DNA of 64,000 nt. It comes from a virus. The stretch is taken from IMG/VR virus record IMGVR_UViG_3300021091_000020, positions 59,503 to 123,502 of that record; one strand, 5' to 3'. The notes under the pieces are model-generated. The model did no database searches, was not told the origin of the DNA, and saw nothing but the letters and a program-made list of their open reading frames with translations. Positions 47,009-56,321 of this stretch are shown here, in pieces. A program made the translations under genes and the position numbers. The first letter of the stretch is position 1; every line of letters starts with the position of its first letter.

Positions 47009-48646
47009 TTAGACATCACCGAGAGAATCTACTTGGATAAGACCATAGAACTCTGGACGAACAATCTTCTTCGCATAACGAGTCATCACGCCTTTTCTTG
47101 GTGTGAAGTTCGTTGGATCGTATACCAACGGTGTCATTACAAGTGGAATGTATGGAGCATACACAGCACCAGTTTCGAGGAATTGTGTTCCACGGAAACC
47201 TACAAGAATTTGATTTTCGAGCATATAAGGATTCTTGTAAACTGTGATACGGCCATTCAATTGACCAACTTTTTGAACACCCATTGCGAATTTCATACCT
47301 TCACCATCAACTGCATAGCCAGGCATTGATTCAAGTATTGTAGCAACTTGTGGAGAACATACAAGGAAGTTTGCACCACCACGAAGTGTTTTCTGATGAA
47401 TTACGTTTGATACTTTTTGAATCTTTGTGCCAAGTGTTTGGAACCATGTTTGTTGATTGTAAGCAGAAGCAGCAGCTTGGTTTGTAGAATAGTCACCAAA
47501 TGCACTTGTAGAAGCATCATATGTGCGACCGATACGGGCTGACCATCTTTCTGTTGTTTGTGCATTCTTAATCAACATATCAAGAATTTCCAAATCAATT
47601 TCTTGTGAAATGTATTCGGACAACATAGATGTCAATTCAGCTTCAGCATCAATTGAGTGGTATGCATTCAAATCTTGTGCAAATTCAGGTGTCCATACTG
47701 CCTTCAACTTACGTGTTTTAGCAACTATGGATTCTGAACGCAATTCGAGATTGATTTCTGGTATACCCAAATTGTCACCTGCTGCATTTTCTTCAAAGTC
47801 ACCACGTGTTGTAGCAGTTGGTTGTTTCTCATAAGCAATACCTACTGTTGCAGGAGCAGCAGAAGCAGAAACAACGAAAGTAATGGTTGAACCATTGTTT
47901 GCAGTTGTTGTGTATTGTGGGAAATAACCAAGAATTGTTGAACCAGATACTTTGAAAGCACGAACCGCTTCTAGATCAGGTGTAGACAATGATGCAGATT
48001 GAACAGTTACAGTCATAATGTTACCAGCTGCAAGTGATGCAGAGTAAGCATTTTGGAACTCTGTGTCATGCTGGAACAATGATGGTGTTGAATGTGATAC
48101 AGATCCTGTTACAAACGCGTTTGCAGCCAATGCAGCAGCTTTTGTAAATGTACCTTCGGCTTCATTGATTGAATAACCGAAACGACCTGCACCATAAAGA
48201 CCACCTGAAGGATCAGCATCTTTTGCATCTTTACCTGTTACACCAAATACTGAATCAGCTTGTGAATCTTTACCAGATCCTGCTGTGAAACCAGGTTGTG
48301 CTGTTCCGTATTTGAAGTCCAAGAAGAACACAAGACCAGAAGGCAAGTTCATTGGTTGAACAGAAACAAAATCTTTCGCAGCAATTTCAGAGAAAATACG
48401 GCGAACCAATGGAAGTGCAACACCAGCCCATTCTTCTGAACCAGCTGCTGTACCTGTTCTGTTTGATTCTTCGATAAGTTGTTTTGCTTGATTTTCGAGA
48501 AGAACTGCAATAGAGTTCTTTTCATATTCGTTTTTCAAATTATCAAGAAGACCAGTTTTTGCCCATTTATTGACAATCTGCTTGTTTTCTTTGATAAGTT
48601 GCTTGTGGGGGTTCCCAGAAGTATTTAATAAATTTTGTATACTCAT
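47009..48646 (-). CDS. Major capsid protein (T4 gp23-like)
   Basis: LLENQ, LPLVRR, VQPMNLPSG, KTRKLKAVWTPEFAQDL, YAPYIPL, PRKGVMTRY. Confidence 0.97.
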   Translation of the reverse strand: MSIQNLLNTSGNPHKQLIKENKQIVNKWAKTGLLDNLKNEYEKNSIAVLLENQAKQLIEESNRTGTAAGSEEWAGVALPLVRRIFSEIAAKDFVSVQPMNLPSGLVFFLDFKYGTAQPGFTAGSGKDSQADSVFGVTGKDAKDADPSGGLYGAGRFGYSINEAEGTFTKAAALAANAFVTGSVSHSTPSLFQHDTEFQNAYSASLAAGNIMTVTVQSASLSTPDLEAVRAFKVSGSTILGYFPQYTTTANNGSTITFVVSASAAPATVGIAYEKQPTATTRGDFEENAAGDNLGIPEINLELRSESIVAKTRKLKAVWTPEFAQDLNAYHSIDAEAELTSMLSEYISQEIDLEILDMLIKNAQTTERWSARIGRTYDASTSAFGDYSTNQAAASAYNQQTWFQTLGTKIQKVSNVIHQKTLRGGANFLVCSPQVATILESMPGYAVDGEGMKFAMGVQKVGQLNGRITVYKNPYMLENQILVGFRGTQFLETGAVYAPYIPLVMTPLVYDPTNFTPRKGVMTRYAKKIVRPEFYGLIQVDSLGDV

Positions 48647-48664
48647 TGTTTTTTCCTTAAAAAA

Positions 48665-49735
48665 TTATTTCAAACCTGCTAATTTACGTAAACGATTTGC
48701 CATATCATCACCTTCATTCAAGATTGGTTTAGATGGGCGTGTGCTTGCGGTTGGTTTAGATGCAAAGGATTCTTTAATTTGTTTAACCTTTGTTGTTCTA
48801 AGCGATTCGCAAAGTGTAGCATAGACCAATTTGACTTCACGAAGACTTGATGCACGATCAAAGTTTTCGATAACAGTCATTTTTTGTTTTTCGTTAAGTG
48901 AATGCTTGCGGAATAACTTGTTAGAGAAGAGCAATTTTGAGTTCAAAAGATTGACTTCATTGATTTTAGAACGCAAGAAAGAAATTACAGCATAAGCTTC
49001 ACGAAGTTTTGCTTCTGCCACTTCCTTTTCCTTTTCTTCTTCAGCTTCTTCAACTTTTTCTTCGTCTTCTTCTTCACGAAGAGCACGGAGAACTTCTTTG
49101 ATGTCTACTTCTTCTTCATCTTCACCTTCTTCAACTTTTTCTTCTGCCTTTTCACCTTCTTCTTCTTCACGAAGAGCACGGAGAATTTCTTTGATTTCAG
49201 CAACTTCTTCGGAATCTTCATCTTCTTCTTCAACAAGTTGAACAAGTTTTTCACCCTTATCTTCTGTGCTGTCATCAGATGCAACTGCGGAAGGTTTCTT
49301 GTTGTCACCGCCACCGATTTCGGATGAATCAATGTCTTCTTCTAATTGACGAATAATCTCCATCAATTCTTCATCCATTGGTTCTTCTTCATCTTCACCT
49401 TCTTCAACTTTTTCTTCTTCTTCACCTTCAGCTTCTTCAACCTTTTCTTCTTCTTCGGCTTCTTCAACCTTTTCTTCTTCGCCTTCACCTTCTTCCATAG
49501 CAGGTTCTTCATCATCACCTTCGCTATAAAATCCGTATTCTTCTACGGGTGCTTCTTCTTCACCCTCACCTTCCTCAACTGGCTCTTCGGCTTCTGCCTC
49601 CTCTGCCAACTTTTTGGAAAGCATAGACTGCAAACGCGGAGTGAATGCTTCTTCCAATGCCAATTTAGCGTTTGCTAATGCTACTTCCTTAACGGCTTTT
49701 GCATCTGCAATAGCTTCTTTCAATAAATCATTCAT
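48665..49735 (-). CDS. Prohead scaffold/core protein (gp22-like)
   Basis: Very Glu-rich with many (V/L/M)xE sites; ends RLRKLAGLK; directly upstream of capsid; start at MNDLL after GGAG. Confidence 0.85.
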   Translation of the reverse strand: MNDLLKEAIADAKAVKEVALANAKLALEEAFTPRLQSMLSKKLAEEAEAEEPVEEGEGEEEAPVEEYGFYSEGDDEEPAMEEGEGEEEKVEEAEEEEKVEEAEGEEEEKVEEGEDEEEPMDEELMEIIRQLEEDIDSSEIGGGDNKKPSAVASDDSTEDKGEKLVQLVEEEDEDSEEVAEIKEILRALREEEEGEKAEEKVEEGEDEEEVDIKEVLRALREEEDEEKVEEAEEEKEKEVAEAKLREAYAVISFLRSKINEVNLLNSKLLFSNKLFRKHSLNEKQKMTVIENFDRASSLREVKLVYATLCESLRTTKVKQIKESFASKPTASTRPSKPILNEGDDMANRLRKLAGLK

Positions 49736-49843
49736 AAAAATCTCCAACTATTTTTAGTGTTATTTGAAACACTAATTGCAATAAAAAATAATATCGGACT
49801 CTATAACGAATAGAGTATTATGTAAGTATAAGTATAAGGAAAG

Positions 49844-49972
49844 TTATTTTTTTTCTATTTTTTCGATAGGTTTTTTTGTAGGATCATACTGAAAGATTGA
49901 TTTTGCATCATTTTCTGTATAGATGTATCTCTTATTTCGGTCTTTTGTATCTATTTTCTTTTCATCGGCCAT
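49844..49972 (-). CDS. Small 42-aa protein coupled to the ADP-ribosyltransferase (not in the ORF track)
   Basis: GGAG SD 7 nt before ATG; MADEKKIDTKDRNKRYIYTENDAKSIFQYDPTKKPIEKIEKK; overlaps the ART stop. Confidence 0.6.
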   Translation of the reverse strand: MADEKKIDTKDRNKRYIYTENDAKSIFQYDPTKKPIEKIEKK

Positions 49973-51149
49973 AGTTTTGCTCCACTAATATCTTGTAAAT
50001 ATTTCTCGTATCGTTAAATCCTTGTATAGTATATCTACAATTTCTTGGAAGTGTTACCTCTGTTTCGTGACAATAATCATTTGAGTGACATGGTAATGTT
50101 AGTATAGAAGTTCCAGCAGGAATTAAAAATTCAAATAATGGCAATCTCTTTTTTCCAGTTCCTTCTGTAATTAAAGGATTTAATGATGTTGTTACAAATG
50201 ATTTATCTACCCATTGTCCTGCATCAATAAACATTTGTAATACTTTTTCATTTTCTACGGAACGATATGAAACTATATTATATTCTAATTTTTGTAATTG
50301 TTCGTCAAATGCATAGTCCATTTCACGAATAGTAAATGCATTCATTGCACTTTTATATTGTTTTTCCCTTTTATCGCCTTCTTTTGGTTTACCTAACTTT
50401 AATTGTTTTTGTATTTCAGGTTTTGTTAAACTTGGTTTAGCAAATCTCAATATGTTAATTATTCTTTCAGTGTTCAAATAATAATAACCCAATGCCATTA
50501 GAGTTTCTTTATCTATTGATTTTGGTGTTATTAAAGAATACTTTGATACTGCAATCATTTCTGCTCGTTTGTATAACTTTTTAAAATTTACCCCATCTTC
50601 ATCAAATCTTAAATCATACATATCAATTATATCTTCATAATCATATTCCAACAGTTGTTCACGTGTTTTTGGATATAGATTGTCTGTTTTGGTATCTAAT
50701 TTTTCTGCATCAACTTTATTCAAAAAACCAACAGTTTTTAATCCAGTTTTTTCTTCATTTGGTTCTTTTGGTTTTTGTTCTGGTTTTTTTTCTGCTTTAT
50801 CACCCGCATCACCTTTTGGTTTTTCTTCATCAGAAGTTGCAGAATCTTCTTTTTTTGAATCATCGGTTTTAATTTCTTCTTCAGAATCAGTTGGTGTTTC
50901 TTCTGAAGAAGTTTCTTCTTCTTCTTTTGTAGTTTCTTTTGGAGCAGATTTTTGATGTTTTGCTGGATCAAAACTTTTTTTACTTATGTAATACGACTTT
51001 CCACTTTCTTTATTAACAACAAGCATTTTTTCAGGATCTTCGCTTGCAGGTTTTTCGTCTTCTTCTGATAACGAAAAAGACCTTTCCAGGTTTTCAATAA
51101 CTTTCCGTGTTTCCTCACGGATTAGTTTTTCAATACTAGCAAAGGTCAT
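49962..51149 (-). CDS. ADP-ribosyltransferase (R-S-E clade, VIP2/Alt-like) with N-terminal leader
   Basis: YR, FVTTSLNP and HETEVTLPR (ExE) catalytic motifs; leader EKLIREETRKVIE...LSE. Confidence 0.82.
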   Translation of the reverse strand: MTFASIEKLIREETRKVIENLERSFSLSEEDEKPASEDPEKMLVVNKESGKSYYISKKSFDPAKHQKSAPKETTKEEEETSSEETPTDSEEEIKTDDSKKEDSATSDEEKPKGDAGDKAEKKPEQKPKEPNEEKTGLKTVGFLNKVDAEKLDTKTDNLYPKTREQLLEYDYEDIIDMYDLRFDEDGVNFKKLYKRAEMIAVSKYSLITPKSIDKETLMALGYYYLNTERIINILRFAKPSLTKPEIQKQLKLGKPKEGDKREKQYKSAMNAFTIREMDYAFDEQLQKLEYNIVSYRSVENEKVLQMFIDAGQWVDKSFVTTSLNPLITEGTGKKRLPLFEFLIPAGTSILTLPCHSNDYCHETEVTLPRNCRYTIQGFNDTRNIYKILVEQNYGR

Positions 51150-51159
51150 TTTATCTCCA

Positions 51160-51393
51160 TTAAATGTTTTCTGAATCGAGTTTTCTCTGTCTTCTTACAG
51201 CAGCATTTCTTTTTTCAGATTTTCTTTTTGATGGTTTAATGTATTCCATGCGATTTTTATATTCTTCAAGAATACCGGCTTCTTTTACCTTACGTTTAAA
51301 TACCTTAATCATTGTATCTACATTCATTCCACCTGCCTTAACTTTAACATGAGCAGGTTTTGAACTGGTATAAACTCTGTCTGACATAACCAT
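51160..51393 (-). CDS. rpsU: Ribosomal protein bS21
   Basis: IKVFKRKVKEAGILEEYKNRMEYIKPSKRK matches the bS21 signature. Confidence 0.88.
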   Translation of the reverse strand: MVMSDRVYTSSKPAHVKVKAGGMNVDTMIKVFKRKVKEAGILEEYKNRMEYIKPSKRKSEKRNAAVRRQRKLDSENI

Positions 51394-51400
51394 TTTTCCT

Positions 51401-51997
51401 TTATTTTTTTATTTCGTAAAATGTTCCGAGTTGTTTACCTATGTTCTCGTAGATAGACTCCAGGATTCTTTGTAATTTAACAATTTTTTCCGATATTTTT
51501 TGAAATTCATTTACAGATTCTCTCAATCTTTTTGAGTTTCTTCTATGTGATACACCTTCAAACCAATCGCCAGACTCCTCAACCATGTTTTTACTTGCAA
51601 ATTCAACAAGTCTTTTTATTTCAGAAACTATTTCTGGTAGTGCCTTTGAACGATGAACTACCTCTCTGTATTGATTGTATTTTGAAATTGCCTCAATATA
51701 TTGTTGTTTTTGTTCAGATGTAAGAACTTTTGTACTAAATTTTTCGTTCATTACTTCTTGAACAGCATCCGAAACAAGTTTATTTATTTCTTCTCTTGTC
51801 ATTGATGTTTTTGTTTCACCAACTTTTTTAGGAAGACCTTTATGTGATGTTCCAGCATATTTTTCTAATTCTTTTTCAGACATTGATGACGCCAAATCCT
51901 TTACAGATTTACTAACATCACTTGAAGCAACTTTACCTCTTTTGTAAGCAAGTGCAAGCCCCATTAACTTCTGTTGCTGTTGTGATAATGCCGGCAT
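51401..51997 (-). CDS. Hypothetical head-module protein (DUF3008-like N-terminus)
   Basis: MPALSQQQQKLMGLALAYKRG...MSEKELEKYAGTSHKGLP; family name from memory. Confidence 0.6.
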   Translation of the reverse strand: MPALSQQQQKLMGLALAYKRGKVASSDVSKSVKDLASSMSEKELEKYAGTSHKGLPKKVGETKTSMTREEINKLVSDAVQEVMNEKFSTKVLTSEQKQQYIEAISKYNQYREVVHRSKALPEIVSEIKRLVEFASKNMVEESGDWFEGVSHRRNSKRLRESVNEFQKISEKIVKLQRILESIYENIGKQLGTFYEIKK

Positions 51998-51999
51998 CG

Positions 52000-52671
52000 T
52001 TATCTCCCATCAAATATGCATTCACAAACATTACCAATTTCACAAATAATGTTTGTTATATTATTATGGATGCGATTTATTTTAGGATCTATTTTTGCGA
52101 TTGTTGAAGTTGATATACCTTCTGTAATCAATTCTTCATGTAAACCTTCTTTCATTCCTTGTGGATACATAAATGCACCATGAGTTGATGGATTTGAAAC
52201 AAAATCCCAACCAATCAATTCAAAATCATCTTGAACTTCAACTGTGCTTTCACTTATTTCTTCAACAGAACCTAACCCTCTTGATGATATTCCAAGACGA
52301 ATACCTGCACCAAGAAGTTGTTTTAGTATATTTCCGGATGGTGTTGGTAGTATCTCAACTGTGCCAACTACATCATTATCTTTCCAATGTACACCAAGAA
52401 CATTATGTGAAACATTACGAAGATTGATTATGGATGAATCTGGATGGTCAAGTTCACCGAGAGCACGATTTTCTTTTATTTGATTTTCGGCATACTTCTT
52501 AACTTCACGCATTAAAATCTTTTTGGGATATACTCTACCATTTTGATTTTTTGCTTCAGCTCTTTGTAATACTCCGGAAACTATAACTTTGCCACCATTT
52601 TTCTTTTCAGATTCGGTAATCATTTTTGGGGTTACATTAAAAAGTATAGTATCTACGAGTAGTTGTTTCAT
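52000..52671 (-). CDS. Prohead core protease (T4 gp21-like)
   Basis: NQNGRVYP, GELDHP, GISSRGLGS, DFVSNPS. Confidence 0.95.
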   Translation of the reverse strand: MKQLLVDTILFNVTPKMITESEKKNGGKVIVSGVLQRAEAKNQNGRVYPKKILMREVKKYAENQIKENRALGELDHPDSSIINLRNVSHNVLGVHWKDNDVVGTVEILPTPSGNILKQLLGAGIRLGISSRGLGSVEEISESTVEVQDDFELIGWDFVSNPSTHGAFMYPQGMKEGLHEELITEGISTSTIAKIDPKINRIHNNITNIICEIGNVCECIFDGR

Positions 52672-52673
52672 TT

Positions 52674-53177
52674 TTATGCACCTAATTCGTTAATTTTTTT
52701 TGTAATTCTGTTTATTCTTTCGGATATTTTTCTCAATCTAGTCATTGATTCACCCCAAAGAGTTCTTTGATCAACATTCATTTCTGTTTTTAATCTCAAT
52801 GCATGTTCAACAACTCTTTCTACTTCGTAGATTGTTCTGTTTATATTCTTAATCGAATCATTTATTTTTCTGTTTGAACTTCTTGTTTCATCCGTTCTAA
52901 AATCTTTATATGTTCCTTCCGAAATTAAACCCATTGCCTGTTTGTAGGTTGATTCATAATTTTTCTTTTTTGTTTTAGGAACAAGTTTATATCCATAAAC
53001 TTCTGCAGTTTCTTTGTTGTGTTCTTCAAAATCTTCTTCACTCTTAGCAAAAGCATTTGGCGTTTGGTATCCGGGAACACCAGCAGTTGTGCTCATTTCA
53101 TCGAGTGATAATTCTTCAGCAAACTGACGATATTCTTCTGTTTCTTTTAATTTTGTTATGAAAGATTCAACATTCAT
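52674..53177 (-). CDS. Hypothetical head-module protein
   Basis: LDE/ISE sites, GYQTPNAF motif, C-terminal coiled coil. Confidence 0.7.
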   Translation of the reverse strand: MNVESFITKLKETEEYRQFAEELSLDEMSTTAGVPGYQTPNAFAKSEEDFEEHNKETAEVYGYKLVPKTKKKNYESTYKQAMGLISEGTYKDFRTDETRSSNRKINDSIKNINRTIYEVERVVEHALRLKTEMNVDQRTLWGESMTRLRKISERINRITKKINELGA

Positions 53178-53185
53178 ATATTACA

Positions 53186-53503
53186 TTACCTAACAAGTTG
53201 ATTTTTTATTAAAGCATAAACTGTTCCAGAATCTACTGTAACAGAATTTAATGCAAATTCAAATATACGTTGTGCTCCAGATAAATCAGATAACGGAATA
53301 CTACCACCTGCAGAAAAATATGCAGTTCCACTAGCGCCTGCAGGAACAATTAAACCACCTTGACCATAGTTTGAACCGGTGAATGTAGTTGTTCCAGATG
53401 TGCATGTTATTGATTTTAAGAATTTTCCAGGATGCCCCTTTCTTTCAAATTCATTTGCCTGTGATGCAGGAAAATTATATGGGTGTATTTCATTGACTGA
53501 CAT
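53186..53503 (-). CDS. Hypothetical protein, small and beta-rich (possible head decoration)
   Basis: Gly/Ser/Thr-rich 105 aa in the head module. Confidence 0.55.
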   Translation of the reverse strand: MSVNEIHPYNFPASQANEFERKGHPGKFLKSITCTSGTTTFTGSNYGQGGLIVPAGASGTAYFSAGGSIPLSDLSGAQRIFEFALNSVTVDSGTVYALIKNQLVR

Positions 53504-54345
53504 TATTTACTCCATGATAAATCGTCTATTAAACTGTAATAACGAAGTAGAGCAGATATATGATTTTCTTCTACTTTCTTTATTGTTTCATATTCATCCA
53601 AAAGTCCTGCAACTTCTTGTAATTTTATTTTTAGGGATTTGTCTTTTACCCTATGCATATTTTTTGTAAACAATCTTTTTATAGTTACCGCTTCTGTTTG
53701 AACAAGAGACTTTAAGTTATTTGTATTACTAACATTTTCTATGTATTCTCTTAACAATACCTTTTGTGACTCGGTTAAATTGTTATATTTTGCATTAAAT
53801 TTTTCAACAAGATACTTGTAAGCCATCAAACGAACTTCTTTTGATTCTTGTGTAATAGCAAAATCTTCTGTTATCACGGATGTATTTGGTTTTGATGTTA
53901 TACTTTCAAGTATTGTTATACGAGACTTTGTAATTTCAATTGGGTTATCCAACTCATTATATTCAAAAACCTTGTATACTGACGCAAGTATTTTATAGTT
54001 TTGAACTTTTGTTTGAAAAAATGTATCAATATCAAAGTTTTCTTTGATTGATTTTATCAATTCATACTTTTCGTTCTGTAATTTATGTTTGTTTAACCCA
54101 CGTCTTGCTTTCAATACTGCCTCTATTAACATATTTGCCTTCGTGTCTGACTTTAATTTTTCATCACAAAGGGTTTTATACAATTTATATTCCTTAATAA
54201 GTTCTGTGTTCTTATTAAAGAATTTTTTGAGAATCTGAATGGCAACAGATTCGTTGGAGGAAATGATGTCTGATGTTATTTGACGAGTCAATAACTCAAA
54301 CAGCATTGCAGTATTTTTGAATTTAGAATGTTTAATTTTCTTCAT
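53503..54345 (-). CDS. Hypothetical head-module protein following portal
   Basis: KIKHSKFKNT...LFELL; helical 280 aa; own copy of the upstream motif. Confidence 0.7.
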   Translation of the reverse strand: MKKIKHSKFKNTAMLFELLTRQITSDIISSNESVAIQILKKFFNKNTELIKEYKLYKTLCDEKLKSDTKANMLIEAVLKARRGLNKHKLQNEKYELIKSIKENFDIDTFFQTKVQNYKILASVYKVFEYNELDNPIEITKSRITILESITSKPNTSVITEDFAITQESKEVRLMAYKYLVEKFNAKYNNLTESQKVLLREYIENVSNTNNLKSLVQTEAVTIKRLFTKNMHRVKDKSLKIKLQEVAGLLDEYETIKKVEENHISALLRYYSLIDDLSWSK

Positions 54346-54396
54346 TGTTCCTTATACCTGTTTATGTGCACTTTCATAGAATAAATATAGGCAATT

Positions 54397-56262
54397 TTAC
54401 AATTCATCTAATAAATTGTTCTCATTCAACAAATTTGATTCATTTTCGTGTTTAATAGTCGGTTTAAGACTTTCCGATATTATTTTTTTTGTTTTAATCT
54501 TTATACCGGACATACTATCTATCAACTTACCTATATCACGGTTTTCAAGTGATAACGGTGAATTTCCTTTGTAATTTACTTTTGGTGAATTATTAACCTT
54601 CAATGTATTACCAACATCTTTCTTTCCAATAGGATCCCTGCCAAATGGACTGTTATCTGTTCCATAACTTAAATTCTTAGCAGGTCTACCAGCTCCAGGC
54701 CAACCACCTTCTGGAACTTCGGCATCGTTTATTACTTTACCACCACCGCGAACTTGCATACTTGCAATATCATGTGGTGTTCCAAACGATTCTTTTGTTA
54801 TCGCAGGATCATTGCCTTCATTTTCAATTTGTTTTTGACGGAACATATGTTTAATATCTTCAAGAACTTCATTCTTTTCAAATTCTGCCTCGTCTTCTGA
54901 AAGGTTGAATATGTTTGAATAAATATATTTCAATGAAAATAGTTTCTTTTCTATCAGTGTTCCCGCCAAGTCCACTTTTTCTTTCATAAGAGCAACTTTT
55001 TCTTGTTCATATATGATAGAAGGTCCTGTTAATCCTAATTCAAAGTTTACCAAATCTGCATTTTCATATCCTTGAGCATACAAATGAACAATTGCAATCT
55101 TTGTCAATTCAGAAACCACAATTCTTTGCACTCTTTCTATTGTTCTAGCAAAACGAATATCAAGAGCGGCAAGTGTTGCCTTTCCTTCTATACTTTCATC
55201 ATAGCCCAAATACGGTTTTGGCACTTTAAGTGCAGCAAAGATTTTACTTTTTAGATATTCAATATCTTCAATTGCTTGATATTGTAAACCTGCAAGTGTT
55301 TCTATTGATGTACCAGATTGTCCACCACGAACAGGAAGATAAAAGTCTTCCAAAAGGTTTTGCATATTAAAACGAAGATTATAGTCACCAGTTTGTTCAT
55401 TTACGAGTGGAGTTTTCTTCATTCTATTCATAAGATTGTTCATGTATTGATCTACTTCGGCAGGTGGTATATTACCAATATCAACTTTAAAAATACGTTT
55501 TTCAGGAGCACGCATAATACGATGTATCAACATCGCATCTTCCATTAGAACTAGTTGTTTGTATAATTTTCTAGCACCTTCCAACATTGATTTACCGTAT
55601 GGTAAAAAGTTAGTATCACCGAGTAAACGAAAATGAGCAATTTCATAATTTTGAAATTCACCCCTACCGAGAGGACCTTCATAAACAAATTTAGTCATAT
55701 AGATATGTTCCGGATCAGTTCCTTCTTCTCTCTGCATTTCGTATGGTGAAAACGGAACAACATTTGTAACACCAAGTTCTTCTTTTACATCCATATACAA
55801 ATAAAAATCACCGTATTTACAAAGATTACGAATCCACGGCCAAAGATTATATTCTATATTAAGAACATCATAAAAAAGATTACGAAGTATTTTACGAATG
55901 TTATCATTATCTGTTTTTATGGTGAGAACATCACCTTGATCATTTTTTAGAGTGCTTTCATCAGAATATATGTCAAGTGCAGATGATATTATGGCATCGG
56001 TGTCCATTGCCTCATAATCAGTATAAAGATCTATTTTTGTTGCTGCGAATGAATTGTATTGATTGTATACTGATATTGGAGTTCCCTTTGTTCCATGTAA
56101 TCTGCCATATCTATCAATAACTTTTGATGTGTGTGGGTTTCCATCACCTTGATAGCGAGCAGTATCAACAACTTTTAATTTTTTACCACCAACATTACGA
56201 ACAACAACATTAGTAGAAAAAAGTGTTTTTAGTCTATCAAATAATGATTTATTTTGTGCCAT
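54397..56262 (-). CDS. Portal protein (T4 gp20-like)
   Basis: MEDAMLIHRIMRAPEKRIFKVDIGN, EDFYLPVRGG, ALKVP. Confidence 0.96.
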   Translation of the reverse strand: MAQNKSLFDRLKTLFSTNVVVRNVGGKKLKVVDTARYQGDGNPHTSKVIDRYGRLHGTKGTPISVYNQYNSFAATKIDLYTDYEAMDTDAIISSALDIYSDESTLKNDQGDVLTIKTDNDNIRKILRNLFYDVLNIEYNLWPWIRNLCKYGDFYLYMDVKEELGVTNVVPFSPYEMQREEGTDPEHIYMTKFVYEGPLGRGEFQNYEIAHFRLLGDTNFLPYGKSMLEGARKLYKQLVLMEDAMLIHRIMRAPEKRIFKVDIGNIPPAEVDQYMNNLMNRMKKTPLVNEQTGDYNLRFNMQNLLEDFYLPVRGGQSGTSIETLAGLQYQAIEDIEYLKSKIFAALKVPKPYLGYDESIEGKATLAALDIRFARTIERVQRIVVSELTKIAIVHLYAQGYENADLVNFELGLTGPSIIYEQEKVALMKEKVDLAGTLIEKKLFSLKYIYSNIFNLSEDEAEFEKNEVLEDIKHMFRQKQIENEGNDPAITKESFGTPHDIASMQVRGGGKVINDAEVPEGGWPGAGRPAKNLSYGTDNSPFGRDPIGKKDVGNTLKVNNSPKVNYKGNSPLSLENRDIGKLIDSMSGIKIKTKKIISESLKPTIKHENESNLLNENNLLDEL

Positions 56263-56321
56263 TTGTCACCTATTTTATGTAATGTAAACTTAATATAAAT
56301 ATGTAGGAAAAAATACAAACT

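Noticed and set aside
49020-49620. Glu-rich repeats (EEKVEE, LRALREEE) as a separate repeat element
   Set aside because: Ordinary low-complexity scaffold sequence with protease-site-like motifs
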